From: Marsupella aquatica
Taxonomy: Eukaryota; Plantae; Marchantiophyta
Length of the DNA stretch: 64,000 nucleotides
Assembly (NCBI GenBank): GCA_973895155.1
Contig: OZ316892.1
Span: forward strand, 19,197,457-19,261,456
Reading direction: 5' to 3'
Under the pieces are notes generated by a model, which worked only from the letters and a program-made list of their open reading frames with translations, was not told where the DNA came from and did no database searches. Position numbers and translations under genes: made by a program. Each line of letters opens with the position of its first letter. Position 1 is the stretch's first letter. Below are positions 24,909 through 36,564 of the stretch, piece by piece.

Positions 24909-25903
24909 AAGTGTTGCTTTTGTTGTGATGTCCTCTGTTCACGTCCTTTGATGAGCAAGGTGAGCAGGAGGTCGACTTGCCTCGCCAACAGCAACCACCT
25001 AAACTAATCAGTTCCCACTCAACTACAGGTCATAGTATACACATAGCATGAAACGTGCATAGTACATATTTGATTCTGAGTTTATGAGTTTCCTAAGACA
25101 AAGAGCTTGGTGATAAACCCATATTCTCGATGGACATGTATATCAATCGTATTAAAATCCTGTTTTTTCATCCAGAAAGACCGAAAGTCTCACCTTGCAG
25201 GTTGCAGCAGAGAGAAAATTCACTGGTTGTCGTGTTGTGCAAGTGAACCTCCACTGATGCCCCCGGTGTAGCCCCTCAGATGCAGGTGACACTTACCAAC
25301 TCCCAAGTTGCCTGGTCTAACAGAAAATGCTTATATCTTCAGAACTTTATAGAGCAAGTACATGATCACATACTTCTGGATCTATTCATATTTGGAACTC
25401 TTGCCAACTACAACTCCCATTATGCACAAGCTCACATCAACAGAGAAAAATACAGAATGCATACTTACTATGGCTCTAAGCACCTTCACTACCTTGTTGA
25501 ACCCAGTCCTGAAGTCTTTTCAGCGTGTTTGTTGTGCTGTCTCCTTTGGCACCCAACACCTTAGTCCTTGATGTAACAGAATGCGATTTTACAAGTTAGA
25601 TGCTTTGGAACCTTCTATGGTCTTAGCTGAATTGATGTCATCGTAAGTGGTGAAAGACAAGGAAGACGAAAGCTGGTTGAAGAGCTGTGGACAACACACT
25701 AGCATGAAGTGCTTCAACCAATCCACTGCCAAACGGAACTCTTACACAGTCACATTCTTTCAGTAAACAGAAACTCAATCAAACTTCATAATCAAAGTAC
25801 AGACTCTGAAGGACCAAAGGAGGATGTTGTGAGTTTCTCTGTTGTTTAATGTGTTACCCTTCTAGTTTCGAAGTTAGCAAATGCTGAATAATGTGTCTAC
25901 CAG

Positions 25904-26243
25904 ATCTTCGAAAAGAAGCCCACCACAATTAAGAACTTTGGTATCTGGGTGAGGTATCAGAGTTGTACAGGTTATCCCAACATGTACAAGAAATATTGTG
26001 ATACCACATTAAACAACCACACAGCAGATGTATGATGAGATGGCTTCTTGTCATAGAGTTCGGTTCCCTTGCATCCAGATCATCAAGACTACGACAGTCC
26101 CTGTCTCTCTGTGCAAGCGAGAAAGTACCAAGCAGTTCCATGATTCAAAGATCAAGTTCCCCTTGACGTACCGCAAGATTCAACCTCCATCGCGAAAGCT
26201 AAAGACGACTTACAAGGCCACCAAGCCCAACACATTTGTTTGA
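25904..26243 (+). pseudogene. RPL18A: Captured last exon of 60S ribosomal protein L18a (eL20), frameshifted
   Basis: After acceptor CTACCAG: [37 protein letters not shown], then a frameshift near 26015-26025, then [22 protein letters not shown]...[18 protein letters not shown]...[19 protein letters not shown]. This is the plant RPL18a C-terminus. Upstream exons are absent. Confidence 0.93.
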
Positions 26244-28082
26244 GTAGTGCGGGTGTAGGTTCCCAATTTTGAAACAATTTGGCTCATTTTATGTCCCGAG
26301 GGACTCCAGGAGTTTATGTATTGAGTTTCTAGGTCAAGATGCTTAATATAAGGAAATTCAATTATCACCTCGTTCCCAACTTCTATTAATTGAATATACA
26401 CAAGCTGGAAGCAAGAAGACAAGCCACAATCTAGCATCTTAGCCAAACACAATCGTCCCGACAAAGCAAAACTCAGCTGGACAGAAGTCACTCGGATCCA
26501 CAAAAAATTGAAGATTCACCTCCAAGCCGGAGGCCGATCACTTCAGTACAGCAGCTTCTGGACGGAACAAACTCTGCTCAGCCCCACAAAAACACAAATG
26601 TTAAGGCTCCAAGTCAGAGCTCACAAACAGAAACTCAGATAAATAACATTCAAAATCTGTCCAGGTTTGTGCAAAGTGTACATATTCATTCTTCTGGAAT
26701 GAACACGCAATGCATACATCGCCTAGACACAGTCATTATAAATCATTGGGCAATTGGGGACCACTAAGCAGGTGTGTTCCTATTTCGAGGCTACAAGAAA
26801 GGATAGAGTGACACCAAACTGAAGAGTACACCAAAAGAAAAACAGCAAGAACCAAAGTCAATAATGTGTGGATATTTTGCACATGGGAAGTTCCCCTGAA
26901 GAAGCACCAGTTGCTAACATTGTCACCCGAACCACACCCAGTTTATTACCTCAATGTCTTCAGCCTCAATATCCAATCCTCAGCCCCCTGGTGCTTCCGT
27001 GTTTGTTCTGAAAATTTCTGTGATGAAATAATTATTCAATACATTCAATAGCAAAGAGAACTCAATCACAAAAGAAAAATAGTTAGTGTGAATGCTAATT
27101 TCTCAACACTTAACTAAATTCAAACCACCAATTCAAGTAGTAAGTTTCAAAAACTTGCCTTTACATGAAGAGAAACCAATTGGCCATGCATGTTACTAAA
27201 GCAATAAACAAATAATTAGGCTCAACCCCGGGCTCAACACACAGGCAAACTACTCGAAACATGCTGCTGAGAAGTAACATTTTTTGAATGTCAGACTATG
27301 TGTAAGTGCCATGATCGTGCTCCTACGTTTCACAAGGAGGGCTGGCCCGAAAGGGAGAAGCAACAATGTGGAGTCTATACACGTAGCACAAATCCCAGTT
27401 TAGAAGGGTGGATGAAGTTCAGACAAGAGTTCAGAACTTGCCATTTGAGATTGCCAATCTGAACTTCACATTCAGACAGGACTTCATCCAGTTCAGGAGT
27501 TCAGATAGGAGTTCAGACAATCTGAAGAGGACTTTGGACTTGAATGAGGGACAGCGTGGCCATATAGTTATCCTTGTGGCCTTCAGCTGCGTGTCTCAGG
27601 CTGAATTTCACTTTCCAGTTTCGAGAGTTCTGAAGGTCTAGTTTTAGTAACTTCCTCCTGACTCGACTTGGGAGCATTCTCCCTATTTGCTAGCTTGTAG
27701 TTAGCTTTGACTCCTGTGAGCTTAGTTGACGACCCTCTTGAGATATTAACAATTAGAACAAACACAAGTTGTCAAGACAGATTCCACCGGAGCAAAAAGT
27801 CCAAAATCAGGTGAAAGAAAACCTAAGGAAAGTCCATAAGAACGAAAGTAGGAAGGCAGGTGCACGGGCCACCGAGAAAAGTAAAGGATGCATGTGATTA
27901 GTGGGGAGGGATCTTAGCAAAAATAGGGGAAAGCAAGGGAACTTGCTGCTAAAATCAGCTGAACGATTGCACGGTTCCTATAAATTTAGTGGACCTTAAG
28001 GCCGTCTGTTCAGCCCCCCACCCCATTGCCAGAGCACGGGGCACAAGGCATGTTCTGATACAGGGAGGAGCAAAACAGTCAT

Positions 28083-29128
28083 GTCAAGCAAGAAATGTGG
28101 AGAGACCAATCAGTAAGCAAAAATAGGGGAGAACATACATACATGATCAGCAGCAGCAGGAAACAAGAAAGATGATTTTGGGTGGCATCTTAGGGTCGGG
28201 GACACCACTGCAACACCGGGACTTAGGATATGAGTTGTTCTTAATCTGCTAGTAGCATCCGGCAGGCCGGCGACCCATGGCAAAAGGGCAGAGCAACAAT
28301 CCGCTAAAACTACCGAGTCTCACCTTTGCGCTACTGACTGTCACCTTTGTCCAAGGTAGCTAGTAATAGCAAGTTGAAGTCCCGCTCCAAGTTGTCGGCT
28401 TCCACTCCAAGCTCCCTAAAAGATTGTGGCCTCAGGTCCAAGTCGTTAGCTCGCACGCGCAACTCCCTAAACCTACACACAGCGGAAGCTTAGCTCACCA
28501 ACAACTTGCAGAAACAATGACCTCCCCTCTGAAACTGATAAAAACACCTGAATACAAATAGTGAAGCACGAGGACAGAACAGGGAGAAGCGTTTTGCAGT
28601 TTGGGACGACAATGCTAGGAGTGTATACACTTCGGGCAACAGGGAGGTCCAATAATAGTTTGAATCTGACGGATGAAGCTCTAGGCGAATGAGCTCCAGG
28701 AGATTGGGTGCATGATTGAGTAGGCAATTGTAACAGCAGGCACCTGGCGATTGAAGGAAGCAGCATTCGGCAATGGACCTAGGCAGCTCGCGAATTTTGC
28801 TCAGCAGCGATGTCACCTAGACCCTAAACACGCAATGCATACATCACCTAGACAACTATACTTGCAGCCACGAGGTGAGTCCGCGATAGGGGATTGAAGG
28901 AAGCAGCAAGTCAAGCAAGAAGCGTGGAGAGACCAATCAGTAAGCAAAAATAGGGGAGAATAGACATACATCAGCAGCAGCAGGAAACAAGAAAGATGAT
29001 ACTCTGTTCCATCTTAGAGTCGGGGACACTACTGCAACACCGGGACTTAGGATATGACTTGTTTTTAAACTGGAGATAGCATCCAGCAGGCCGGCGACCC
29101 ATGCCAAAAGGGCAGAGCAGCAATCCGC
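28083..29128. repeat. ~220-bp dispersed direct repeat inside the CACTA (about 28083-28305 and 28910-29128)
   Basis: GTCAAGCAAGAA..GTGGAGAGACCAATCAGTAAGCAAAAATAGGGGAGAA...CACTGCAACACCGGGACTTAGGATATGA...GGCCGGCGACCCATG.CAAAAGGGCAGAGCA.CAATCCGC is present twice. Confidence 0.9.
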
Positions 29129-30904
29129 CATGTAGCGATAGGCGAGAGCAGCGATTACGACGATGAAAGATGGTCAAAGCTGAAGCAAAACCCCTAAAGA
29201 TGCAGCTTGGCCATACTCTCTTTCCTCACCTCATAGCGCTAGGCATTCAACCTCCCTCTTCAATGAACCTCACAACAGCTTGAAGGTCGATAGATTTTAC
29301 CTCGTCTCCTGAGCAGAAACGTCTGCATTAGCTAAACAGAGCCCGGAACAGAGCTATCGCATTTAGCCTCCCGACTCCAAAATTGAACGCAACACAACCT
29401 CCAACTCCCAATGGCAGCTCAGTAGGTTGATCAGCTCGGTCAATGCAGGTCAGTCGACCTCAATAGCCACACTAGAAGCTCACCGCAAGTCACTCAAAGG
29501 TCAGACTAGAAGCTCCGCCGCCTTCACACCGTAGCAAAAAACAATGAGACCAATATCGAGCAAGGCGACCCTGTTTGAATATTTGGCGACCATCAGGCTC
29601 CACCCCTCCTTTCTCGCTACCGTTCCCCCATGTGATGGTTAAGCTTCTGAGGACACAATCAATCGCACAAATGTAGCTTAAAGCAGGACCTCACTAAGCA
29701 GACTATTGGTTAGGACCTTATAGACATAGAGATAGATAGGTCAATGCAACCTTACTTGGGCCGATGCAGCATGTCTCTTCACAATGTGAAGCAGCGCAGC
29801 ATTCCTCCACCTAGCTCGCAATGATCCTCCGCCTTGCTTGCAGTAACCAGCCTCCGCCTAGCTAGTTTGCACTGTCACGGCTGCAACTTTTTGTGCAATG
29901 ACTTGGCCCTCCTACCAACTACGAGCTCCCAAAAGTATGTCGAGCAGATGTACACTCAGGCACCACCTCGTAGAGCTCAACTCCAAGTCGGCAGCTCTCA
30001 CTTGAAACTCAATAGCAGCTTAGCTCACCAGCAGGTTGAAAAGCGACAATGGACTCCCCTCAAAACTGATTGGCAGACCTCCACACTGACGCTCGTAGCA
30101 GGCCCAATCCTAAACACATTTGCACCCTAAAGTCCAGTCGCGCTCAAACACTTTCAAACGACCCTGCAGGAAGTTCGCGAAGAGTGCAGCTGGAATGAAG
30201 GTCGTCGACTCCCAATTTCCCTCGCAAAACCAACCTCTGCGGCACACTGACCCTGAACACTTAGGGCAAGTAGTACCCCCAAAATCTCTCGCAAAACCAA
30301 CCTCCAAGGTACACTGACCCTGAGGGAAAGTAGTACCCCTCACATGTGGGCAGCCATCGAGTGACTTAGCAAACAGGTTGGTTTGGACATAAAAGAACCA
30401 ATGCAAATGACTTAGCAAAAAGTTCAATGTGGGGAGAGTGCACTTTGGTCAAGAACAAGGCCAAATATAGTCAGGTATGAATCCACATTATAAGTGAAAG
30501 TACCCACCATTCTGATGAAAACCCCCATATTTATACCCATTATATTTGGACTTATTGAACCATGAGTGTGCAATATGTAGTTGCACCGGGAGTTGCATAT
30601 TAGGGATTGGCATCCGAAATTGGCTAATGGGGTATGCATGCTGACGGAATTTTAAAAAATGATGTCCAATTCATATTGCACTATTGTGGAGTAACTAACA
30701 TAACTTACCTATTTCTTACTTACTAGTGTTACAATAGCGACATTGGATAAAGTTGTAAGCATGACTTCCCACAACCTCACCAAAACTTAGTTGGTATGAT
30801 GTAACTAACATGACACCCACAAACTTGGAGTCGCATATTTATGAAGGTCTCGCACAAGTCACATAGGGGAGGGTCTCAGAATGGGTGGTTTTCTTCTAGT
30901 GCTT

Positions 30905-33583
30905 GTAGATCTTATCTCCACCCTCTGAAGGACTGTCCTTCAACTTGTAAATCCACTTGCTGTCCACCACTTGCTGACCTCTTGGAAGCTCCACCAGCTC
31001 CCATATCTTGTTGTCACTCAAAGATTGCAATTCCCTCTGCATTGCTGCATTCCACTCATGCCTCACTGTATGAAGAAGGTTCTCCTTCTTCCAAGATCAA
31101 AGCCTTGTCATCATCATCAGGTGCAATGTCAATATCATCTAGCTTAGATGAGTCTGCCCATTGACCATACCTAGTAGGAGCTCTAGTAGAACGACTGGAA
31201 GTTCTTCTAGATGACTCAGGCTAATCTGCTGCTGTTGCAGGTTGAATTTGAGGTACCTCGGCAACAATCTGCTCCTCTTGTTCCATCATAAGAACCAGCT
31301 CCAAGCCCGAAGCTTCTCCATCTCTCCTTCCATGAACAGCATCATGACTAATCTCCCCCTCAACCCGATCCGGGATGAGAGATTTTCCCTTGTCAGTATG
31401 GGAGTCCTGAGAATTCTCCCTTTCCTTTGATGATCTGGATTCATTAAAGGACACATCTCTACTGACAATTAGTTTACAGGTTACTGGATCGCATAACCTA
31501 TAACCCTTCACACCTTTTTGATAGCCAAGGAAAATGCACTTCTTTGACTTGGACTCTAGCTTGGATCGAAGTTGGGAAGGTGTAAGCACATAAGCATCAC
31601 ATCCAAAAATCCTCAGATGTGAGTAATCTGCTAGACGCCCGTACCTCATTTCAAATGGCGTCTTTAATCCAATAGAACTAGATGGAGAAAAATTTACCAA
31701 ATAAGCTGCAATATTGACAACTTCAGCCCAAAACTCATGTGGTAAGCATGATTGACTCAACATACTCCTCGAGCGGTCCAACAATGTTCGGTTGAGTCTC
31801 TAAGAAATACCATTCTACTGAGGAGTATAACTTGTTGTGAGATGGCGGGTAATCCCCTACTCCTTACAATACATTCCAAATTCCATGGAACTGTATTCAC
31901 CATCGTTATCCGATCGAAGATATCTCATCTTATTACCAGTCTGATTCTCAACTTGGGCTTTCCACTCCTTAAAAGTGGCAAAAACATCAGACTTATTGTG
32001 TAGAAAGTATATCCACAAGAGTAATCGTCTATGAACGTGACATAGTATAATCATCCAGAATGTGAGGGAGTAGGGGCTGGACCTCACACATCACTATGTA
32101 CATACTCAGGTACCTCCTTGCTGGTGTGAGTTCCAACTCCGAAGGGTTTCCTGTGCTGCTTCCCTAGCACACAGTGCTCACAAAATTCCAACTTACAAGA
32201 TTGCAAATTAGAAAGTAATCCTTTCTTCTGAAGAATAACCAAACTTTTTTTACTCATGTGGCCCAAACAGAAGTGCTAGAGCCGGGCCGTCTACTCATGA
32301 GATAAGGTTACATTGGCTTCATCACAGACTACACTGTCCTCCAAAACGTATAGATTGCTAAATCTCTTTCCCTTCAATACAACTTTAGTACCAGTTGAAA
32401 CCTGAAGGACACCATTAGCAGAACTCCACTGATGGCCATTTGCTTCTAAAACTCCAAGTGAAATGAGATTTTTCATCATGCTAGGAATATATCTCACATT
32501 CCTCAACGTTCTTACAGCACCATCAAACTGTATCTGAAATCTTACAGATCCAAGTCCAACAACTTGACATAGGATTCCATTTCCCATCAACACTGAACCG
32601 TTAGAATCTGTGTAAGAACTTAAAAAATCTCTCCTAGAGCAAATGTGAAAAGTACATGCACTATCTAGAATCCAGTCATCATTACCTGGATTTGACACTA
32701 CGTTGAGAGCATAACCTTGACATCATAATATGTCATCATCATCGAGTAAATCTACCTCATGCGAGCTCGATGCTGCATTAGCAGAGGCAGTAAGGACCTT
32801 TACTCAACAATCCCTTTTCACGTGGCCAGGCTTGCCACAATTCCAACATGCAAGAGGCTTCCTCTCTTGTGATTTCCCCCTGGATTTAGATCTCCCCCGT
32901 GATGTAGATCTAAACCTGTTCTATCCATTTGAGCGTTGCGCTGCTCTCCCCTGGTTCACGTTCAGTGTAGTGCCAGAAGAAGATGCTGTCTATGATTGAC
33001 CCAGCTTCTTCTGAGCATCATCAGACAATAAAGAGCTCACCACCTCATTATACGAAATGGACTTCAGATCTCTGTACAAGAACACTTGTTTCAAGCCCTG
33101 ATATGATGGCGGTAAGGAGCTTAGCAGAAGCAAGGCCTTATCCTCATCTTCAACTCCTTTTCCCAGGTTTGACAGATCCACCGCTAGATTATCAAATTCA
33201 TCCAGGTGATCCTGCATCTTGCTCCCTTCCTTGAGCCTGAGGCTCATCAAGAGAGACTTCTTGTACAGCCGGTCTGACGCATCTTCCCAGTAGTACTTCT
33301 TTCTAAGGGCCTTGAAGAGTGATGCACAGTCGTCATAATCATCCAGTTTCTTGATGATATGCGGCTTCAGATAAAGCATCACTGCATTAACAGCAATCAC
33401 CTGCTCTTGTCTCCACTGCTTCACAAAAATCTCCTCCTCTCCATCATACTGCTATCGCGATGAAAGCAGATGAGCTAAGCCCATGGCCTGTAGAACACCC
33501 TTCACTTGCTTCTCCCACAGCAAGTAATCAGTACGACCATTGTATTTTTCCACCTCAAACTTCACTCCTCCAAATCTAGCCAT
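30905..33583 (-). pseudogene. Copia gag-protease-integrase region with stops, frameshifts and deletions
   Basis: gag start MARFGGVKFEVEKYNGRTDYLLW; LLLLSSLPPSY; zinc knuckle CWNCGKPGHVKRDC (about 32805-32850); protease WILDSACTFH; HHCC remnant GHMS...CEHC; integrase LRSDNDGEY, FWAEVV, FGCDAY, KCIFLGY, SRDVSFNE. Confidence 0.93.
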
Positions 33584-35245
33584 CTCCCTCTTCTTCCCTA
33601 CTAGCAACAGCTCTGGTAGTAGTACAGCTTCCTCCACTGCACGCCGCACCAGTGATTGTACCGGTGTTACAAGTTCCTCCTCAAACGGTAGTAGCTCCTC
33701 CTCAGAGTCACCGTCTGATTGTCGCGATTCTGAAGCTCCACCGACGCCAATTCTTCCAGTATCCTTCGAGTCACTCATATGAAACAATCACGAAAAAACA
33801 TCTTTTTTTGAAACTTCTCACAAAACTCAAAACTCAACACCGCCGCGTAGCCAACAAAGCAAGGAATCCAATACTGAAAGCCAAAATCAAAATCAAAATT
33901 CGACGGAAAAGTTATTCAAATTTTGGTCGGGGTGGGTAAAACCTTGGAAAACTCCCCCGTTTTGACCACCTCGGAGAATAACCAAAATACCCAGTACAAC
34001 CCATCGTCGGAATCGCAATGTGATCGGTGCATCGCATTGCTAACTCCAGTGGCAACGTCCTCACCAAAAAAGAACCAAAAAAGTTACCGTTTGGCAGATT
34101 GAATCTTTGTCGGACGACCAAAAAATAGCTCTATGTTTTTCAGGAATATTCTCGTACAATCCGATAGGTCTCATAGGGGGCCGTTCCCCTTGTCGAAGCG
34201 GTTAAAACAGAGGGTGGCAGGTCCCGACATCAAAGAGAACAAAGAAAGGGAAAAAAGAGGCAAAAAAAGAGGCTCTAAAGGGGGTACTTAGTATCCCTTA
34301 AATCTAAATACACCCCGTATGGGGTCGGGGATCCAAAAAGACGATTACAAGGCGTGTACCCGGGCGGCTGCGTACGCAGCCGCGTACACATGAAAAAAGG
34401 CCGGGGTTTAATTCCAGAGCGAGGGCAGGCGGCCGGCAGGAGCATAGGGTGACCGACATGTCACAAGGCCGCGAGGAGACGCGAAGGGGCGGGGGGGGGA
34501 CTATGCCCGAAATGTGTATACACAACAAAAATATTACCCTAATGTAACCCCAAAAATAATGTCGTTTAAAAAGAAAGCCGGTTACACACCTAAACCGCCG
34601 CCATTTCCAACGAGTAAAATGAATGCAGCCGACGGTAAATGTTGCCAAATTTCACCGACATAGTCTGCCGCTTCAGCTGAGTAAACAATTGCCCCCGCGT
34701 CGCCTTCAGTCCGCATCAAGTGCCAATCCCGGGCTCAAAACGACCGCGTTGCCGCGATCAAACTGTTGAGCCGTAGCACTTCGCGTCTCTTCCACCGAGT
34801 CGGACGTCACAAAGAGAAACCCGGTTCAGATGGGAACAAGCTCTATAGCTTGTGAAAAAACCTAAACGCCTCCTTCACTCGTCACGACGCACTCGGTAAC
34901 AACTTGGCAGCAAACCAACTACCAAAACGACCAGCTCGCTTCAACCTTCAACTTGAGCTATAATGTGAGATCCCTCCCACACCACACAACTTACACCGTT
35001 GAAAAACACAAACTCTGGTCTCTCCCTTGAAAACCGTCGAACACAAATAAAACCTGAACGACGCAAACTTCAATTCCTCCGCACCACGGATACCGATCAG
35101 CGAGTTCTAACCACCGTCGCCCTCTCACTAACCTATCCGCACAGCCACACACATTTGAGTTTCATGTGACGGAACTCCAAATGTGCCACCGACAATGAAT
35201 GCTGGAAAAAACCGTCACAAAAAAACCTCGTCACCTCCCAGGCAT

Positions 35246-35257
35246 GCTCTGATACCA
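35246..35257 (-). promoter_or_regulatory. Primer-binding site for initiator tRNA-Met
   Basis: GCTCTGATACCA is the reverse complement of TGGTATCAGAGC and lies 2 nt from the LTR edge. Confidence 0.92.
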
Positions 35258-35259
35258 CT

Positions 35260-35604
35260 TATTGAGCATAGACGACATTCGCAATTGCAAGCCCATGAAC
35301 CATCCAACGCACAAGAGTCAACACAGAGAGATACGTGGTTCACCTCCACATGAGGCTACATCCACGGGAACACACAAGAGCTTTACTGCACTCTAGGCCG
35401 ACCGGCCATACCAAGAATCCATAGCACAAGCTCTCCCTATCTCTCAACTAGCTCCGTAACAATGAGCCTAAGTTCCACCCAGGGTCTGGTATCAGCCCTG
35501 GTTATATACACAACAGCACTACCGCTAACATTAGCTAAGTCCTAACCCGAGTTAGCCTAACTGTAATTAGCTCATGAATCACAAGACTAGAGCAATATCT
35601 AACA
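35260..35604 (-). repeat. 5' LTR of the Copia element (about 345 bp)
   Basis: Minus strand begins TGTTAGATATTG at 35604 and ends ...CTCAATA (canonical CA end mutated to TA) next to the PBS. TATA-like GTATATAA near 35501-35509. No partner LTR is available to confirm the outer edge. Confidence 0.72.
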
Positions 35605-36564
35605 GAGGGATAGTTGTCCCTTGTGGTGGCTTGGAGGCCTCATCTTTCAATGTTGAGTCTTCAAGCATGAGCTTTGGCGGTTATGGTGTGGCCTGCCAGA
35701 TTTGTGTGTATAAACGTGGATTCCTTGAGTGCAAGGTGCGTGTGGCTTGACATAATTATGTGTGTGGTCGGTTGTGTGTTGTTGACATCGATCGTCATTC
35801 GATTCTTGTGGATTTTGAACATTTGTGGACATGGGTTTCTCTTGTATTTCATTCTCTTATGTTTGTTTGTGTTTATGTTTGGATGTGTGTGACACAATAT
35901 GTATATTGTGTAGCTATGTGTATGTTCACAACAAAGTAAATCAGATGTTTACAAGACCTCAACTATTCAACCCTTTCAGGATCAATGCATTCCTTGGCCC
36001 TGAGTAATCGAGTGTGTTTCCTGCCTGTATATAAGCTCGCAACTTTCCGTAAATGTGGTCAACAACCTCTAATAAGGTCAGTATAACATCAAACTTAAGT
36101 TTGCCTCCCAGCTGAAACGTGTGCTCATTCCCGACCAAGCTTTTTTTCGCAGTCACCTCTATTTTACATTCAAAGAATGGATAATTAAAGCTGAAAGAGA
36201 AAACTAGTACTAAGGAACCATTTTTTTTCCCAAGCTTTTGTTTTGCGTTCACCTCTATTTTACGTTCAAGGAATGGGTTAATCAGGCTAGTCCACTTGAA
36301 GTTGCGCTGAAATAACAAACGGCTCAGATCTTGCCCAAAATTCTTGGAGATTAAAGGCCTAGTCTCTCTGAGGGCTCATGGAACACTGCCGATACTTTGT
36401 AATCGGCCCTCAAGCGTCCGTTCCCGAGTTCGATAGCTGTTTTGTTCACTGGGAGGAAAACGTTGAATCGTGCATCGTCGTCGGCAAAGAGAAACGAAGG
36501 ACGAGGAAAACATCGAAGCTCTGCGGTGCAGTCTGCAGCTGGTGCGACAAGTTGTGAAGCAAGC

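Larger units (their letters stand above)
12658..30901 (-). mobile_element. CACTA (En/Spm) DNA transposon, 18,244 bp, with accessory and captured genes
   Basis: Left end CACTAGAAGAA (12658-12668) and right end TTCTTCTAGTG (30891-30901) form a perfect 11-bp TIR. 3-bp TSD CTT at 12655-12657 and 30902-30904. Contains TNP2 and TnpA-like genes. Confidence 0.96.
11264..35604 (-). mobile_element. Ty1/Copia LTR retrotransposon (Tork/Tnt1-like), decayed, interrupted by a CACTA element; 3' LTR not found
   Basis: Minus-strand order is LTR, PBS(Met), gag, ZnF, protease, integrase, [CACTA], RT, RNase H (Copia order). Removing 12658-30901 and one CTT copy restores ...GGDKIYK|ARIVAKGFTQ. Confidence 0.93.

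Noticed and set aside
35640-36350. ORFs 35674-35892 and 35959-36318 next to the LTR
   Set aside because: TG-rich low-complexity sequence and a local ~100-bp duplication; no recognisable protein.
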